From Phoronis australis (taxonomy: Eukaryota; Animalia; Phoronida): a stretch of 64,000 nt of DNA. This document shows positions 61,101-64,000 of the stretch, one piece after another (the stretch's first letter is position 1; every line of letters starts with the position of its first letter). The stretch lies in contig NMRA01000350.1 of the NCBI GenBank assembly GCA_002633005.1, positions 131,642 to 195,641 of the forward strand. The letters run 5' to 3'. The notes beneath the pieces are model-generated. The model ran no database searches. It was given only the letters and a program-made list of their open reading frames with translations, and was not told the origin of the DNA. Position numbers and translations under genes: made by a program.

Positions 61101-63543
61101 GTTTTCTGACCAACAGGAGGCGCTGCTAAAGTTTTTCTTTTTCTTTCTTGAGCAATTTTGCACCTAATATCATAATATAAATCACTTTTCTTGTCCAGTA
61201 ACTTCAAATGAACAAATCCCAATCAAATTTTCATTCAGTTTTTGTCTTGTGCTGTTGGTTTTGTGTGCCAAATTATACAAAAAGTCAGATTTTTTCGGTC
61301 AAATTTCTCGAAAACGTGCAAGTCAAACCTTAGGAACTTTTTACATTCTGAAAGAATAGTACTTAACGACCTTAAAAACACCAAAATTAGCTAGCCCCCA
61401 AAAGGTGGCCACGGAAGTGATTTTCTAGGCTCCCTAGAGTCGAATGGACTACGGCCTACAATGCGGTATTTCCATTAAAGTTATATAATAATAATAAGCG
61501 GTTCATCTGTGGGTAAAGATGAAGTGGGAATGAAGTGACTCCATCTGTCAAAATAGTAGAATCTAGTCCTTACTGCGACAATAACTTGTATTACATGTAT
61601 ATCTAAATATTCTTTCTTCTTTCTTGCTACGCATATGCAGCAATGCGGTAGGGAATCTCGAGTATGTCACAATGTACCCAAATGGTTACTAGTTTTCATC
61701 TTGCATATTTTCCTGTTCTTTCGACATAGTGAAAATTACTTACCGGCTCGCCCTTGCCACCTTTAGCGCCATATCCTGGGGTGCCATAGGGGCCGGGATC
61801 GCCTTTTTCTCCCTGCAAAGTACACATTTACAAATCGATTGGTACGTAGTTGTCTGCACAGATGTGAACAGAGAACTTATAGGAATCTTCACCAAACGAG
61901 CGTTTTGCTCTGCCTAACTATACACATAATCAAGGATTTTGTTGATTGCAATCCAAGTCGCACTATCGAGAATTGTAGAATTTTCCCTCTGAAACAACTA
62001 TTCGTGCAACCACAACGACGGCAGGACCACAACAGTAGAAATAGTGGTATCGCGATAGTAGTATTAGAACACATTAGTGGTACTGGAATTTTCCGTAGAT
62101 AAGCCCATGGGCGTGTATTCGGAGAATGAAAAAAAAATTCAGGGGCTTTGCTGACACCAAGCAAACTCCCGGGCGTTTATTTGGCATAAATTCCCGAATA
62201 ATGACCCCTGGCTTTTCATCGGATCGGTTTATCTACAGACTATCCCGGTAGCAACAGTAATAGTAGAAGTATAAGTATAAGTAGTGCTGGTGGTGGTTGT
62301 AGTAGTAACAACAGCAGTAGAAGTTGTAGAAGCAGCAGCAGCAGCAGCAGCACAGCAGCAGCAGACGTACATGTTGCATAGACTCAGTAGTAGTGGTGGT
62401 GGTGGTGGTAATAGTAATGGAGCATGCGCAGACCCAGCCTAAAAATATAGGGGGGCTCGAATTCTTCGATATGCGGACCAACTAGGACTAAAAAAAAGGG
62501 GCCACTAGGTTCAGCCCTGCCAATCCTGTATCCGAGCCGAATTGATGTGGACTTTGTGGACTTTTGTCTCGTTTACTCAGACTTATTGTTTCACGGAGGC
62601 GGACCTTTTTGCCCACTTCGTCAAGTTGGGGGGCTCGTTCGAGCCCCCGCTGAGTGCGCCCAAGTTAGAGTAGCAGTAGAAGTAGTACTGGTAATAGTAT
62701 TAGGTGTTGTAGTTGAAGTAGTAAAAGCAGTAGTGGTAGCAGTGGTAGAAGTGGCAAAACCGAATTAGAATTTGTTCGTAATAAATCCTATCCTTGAATC
62801 CTAGTATAGAGCTGCAGTGATTATTTTCAGGGGCTGTGATATACCCTTTCCCCTAGCACTAGGAATAGTTGTAGTAGTAATAGTGATAGTATCAATAGTT
62901 GTTGTAGTTAGTGATAGTGGTAGTGGTAGTAGTACTTGTTGTTGTTATCGCAATGGTTGCTGTTGGAGAAGTAGTGGCAGTCTTAGCAGAGTAAAGCGGT
63001 GTATTACAACACGCTAGTAATAGCAGGAACAATAAGAGCAGTTGTAATAACAGTAGAGAGTTGCAGCAGTTAACAGTCCTATAGGTCCAGTGGCAGTAAT
63101 AGAAATAGCAGTAGTTTTAGCAACAACAGCACCTACGGCTCTAACAGCTCCTGCTGTTTTTGCGGTCGTAAACAGTGACAGAAACAAAGAAAGATGCTGC
63201 AGCAAAGGTAACAGCAACACCAACAACACAGTTACCTTTGGAAGCAGTCAATGTAAAATAAATCACCAAGAATTCTACAAACACAGTGAAATGGAAAAGA
63301 ACCCGGATTGATGTTGATGGCAGAAATAGCCATGAGCTTGGCTGATGCTAACATGCCAGTCAAAGCAGTCTACTGCTCAGTGCTGGAATTGAGCAAAATA
63401 GTAAAACATTGTGAACGTCTTGTTCCGCAGAAGTTAAGTAATGGCGCTTGCAGTAACTTACGGTACTTAAAAGTTTCATGCTTGGTGTGCCTTACCTTAA
63501 GTTTAGCTTTCATAATGTTCATATTCATTTTTCCGGGAATTCC
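45193..63543 (-). CDS. Type IV collagen chain (alpha2-like NC1), 3' 12 exons; 5' end beyond the right edge
   Basis: GT-AG exons with consistent phases: 63496-63543, 61744-61812, 56542-56770, 55249-55503, 54797-54937, 54220-54381, 52974-54026, 52242-52718, 50936-51148, 48975-49139, 47150-47436 and 45193-45450 (3357 nt, 1118 aa plus stop). An interrupted Gly-X-Y domain is followed by a C4/NC1 domain with 12 Cys: TRHSQ, WDGYSLL, QDLG, GSC, YWLST, PMMP, ISRCSVC, HSQ, GGGQ.L.SPGSC, KYSFWL, TLKAG and RCTVC. Confidence 0.95.
46679..46800. repeat. Imperfect 48-bp inverted repeat (palindromic MITE-like relic)
   Basis: 46679-46726 (TGATTTCACTGGCTCCGCT...CTGATTGGT) pairs with 46753-46800 (ACCAATCAG...AGCGAAACCGGCGAAGTCA). 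Confidence 0.6.
49500..49828 (-). pseudogene. Dead collagen exon: degenerate paralogue of the first ~330 nt of the giant exon 52974-54026
   Basis: Reads [50 protein letters not shown], versus the live [43 protein letters not shown]. It is collinear with 53700-54026 and carries Gly substitutions, indels and stops. Confidence 0.85.
49873..50845. mobile_element. ~1-kb non-autonomous element with long imperfect TIRs (CA-rich left arm, GT-rich right arm)
   Basis: Left AATTTTATGAAAGCGTATAGGTGCCACAACATCCTACAAAC matches the reverse complement of the right end, AATTATATGGAAACGTATGGGTAACACGTTACCCCACAAAC; CCACA-type subrepeats are mirrored. Confidence 0.65.
56817..61458 (+). mobile_element. Academ-like DNA transposon relic in a collagen intron
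   Basis: Inverted termini TAGGCCATAGTCC (56817) and GGACTACGGCCTA (ends 61458), with further mirrored blocks (TCAC.TCCGTGG, AAAAAGTTCC.AAG); flanks TAA/CAA. Internal relic [16 protein letters not shown] / [24 protein letters not shown]....PTPVGNGW at ~58965-59165 and ~60770-60965 fits the LPP..L..H.KRANYQ..W..AL..P.P..GW motif recalled for Academ transposases. Confidence 0.65.
57655..61247. repeat. 1.8-kb direct tandem duplication (57655-59445 / 59447-61247) bounded by Ns
   Basis: Copies are near-identical with scattered SNPs and small indels; single Ns at 57647 and 59446. Confidence 0.95.
62249..63230. repeat. Degenerate trinucleotide (TAG/CAG/TGG) low-complexity tracts interrupted by short-element fragments
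   Basis: GTAGTA/GCAGCA/GTGGTG runs at 62249-62420, 62665-62755 and 62860-63230. CCCAGCCTAAA..ATAGGGGGCTCGAATT at ~62433 is shared with ~18645. Confidence 0.85.
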
Positions 63544-64000
63544 CTGTCAAATTAACCAACAGAAAATAAAGTCAATAACCAATGACAAGGCAGCCAGTCT
63601 CACATTTTTCTAACGACAACCCGCAAGAAAATACATTGCTCGTAAAAATGCGTTTTCATGAGAAAATTTCTAAAAATGATTAATCAGCTCGTTGGAAAAG
63701 AATTCAGTTTCCTCGACAAAAGAACATTGTTCATGTACAACTGAGGTAGTATTAAATTATTACGCCCAGGTGAATGCTCATTCCACAACGGGCTTTTGAT
63801 AAAGGCATTTCGCCAAAAACATGAATGTTATAACATTCATTATTTCTGCCAGAATTGAAACAGCCCCTTTCTCATCTTGTCATGTTATTGTTCTGGCCAC
63901 AGTTTTGTAACAGTACTCGGGGAAGCAAGTGTATGAATGAGTTAAGAAACTTGAAGGATATATCATCTAAGACAATTTTGCGCATATAATCGAATAGGTC

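Noticed and set aside
62233-63311. Poly-Cys/Thr/Val ORFs
   Set aside because: Translations of trinucleotide microsatellite within a collagen intron.

Overview
This is animal (invertebrate-like, AT-rich, intron-rich) genomic DNA, not prokaryotic; most ORFs in the supplied track are spurious or single exons. Manual splice reconstruction gives three intact or partial genes. (1) A complete 11-exon secreted GH18 chitinase on + (25244-36653, 542 aa) with signal peptide, intact DxxDxDxE motif, Thr/Pro linker and CBM14. (2) The 3' ~1118 codons of a type IV collagen chain on - (12 exons, 63543 down to 45193) with a 12-Cys alpha2-like NC1; it starts beyond the right edge. (3) The first three coding exons of a second collagen IV-like gene on - (8956 down to 1822), running off the left edge. 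There is also a previously unannotated-looking, heavily decayed collagen pseudogene on + (~13850-18350) and a dead copy of a collagen exon inside an intron of gene 2 (49500-49830). The rest is transposon debris: an Academ-like element, an ISL2EU-like SAP/YqaJ + THAP relic, a pogo PHD relic, a THAP relic, TIR elements carrying motif arrays and several MITE families. A 1.8-kb N-bounded duplication is probably an assembly artefact. All calls are from reading the sequence by eye; no database searches were run.
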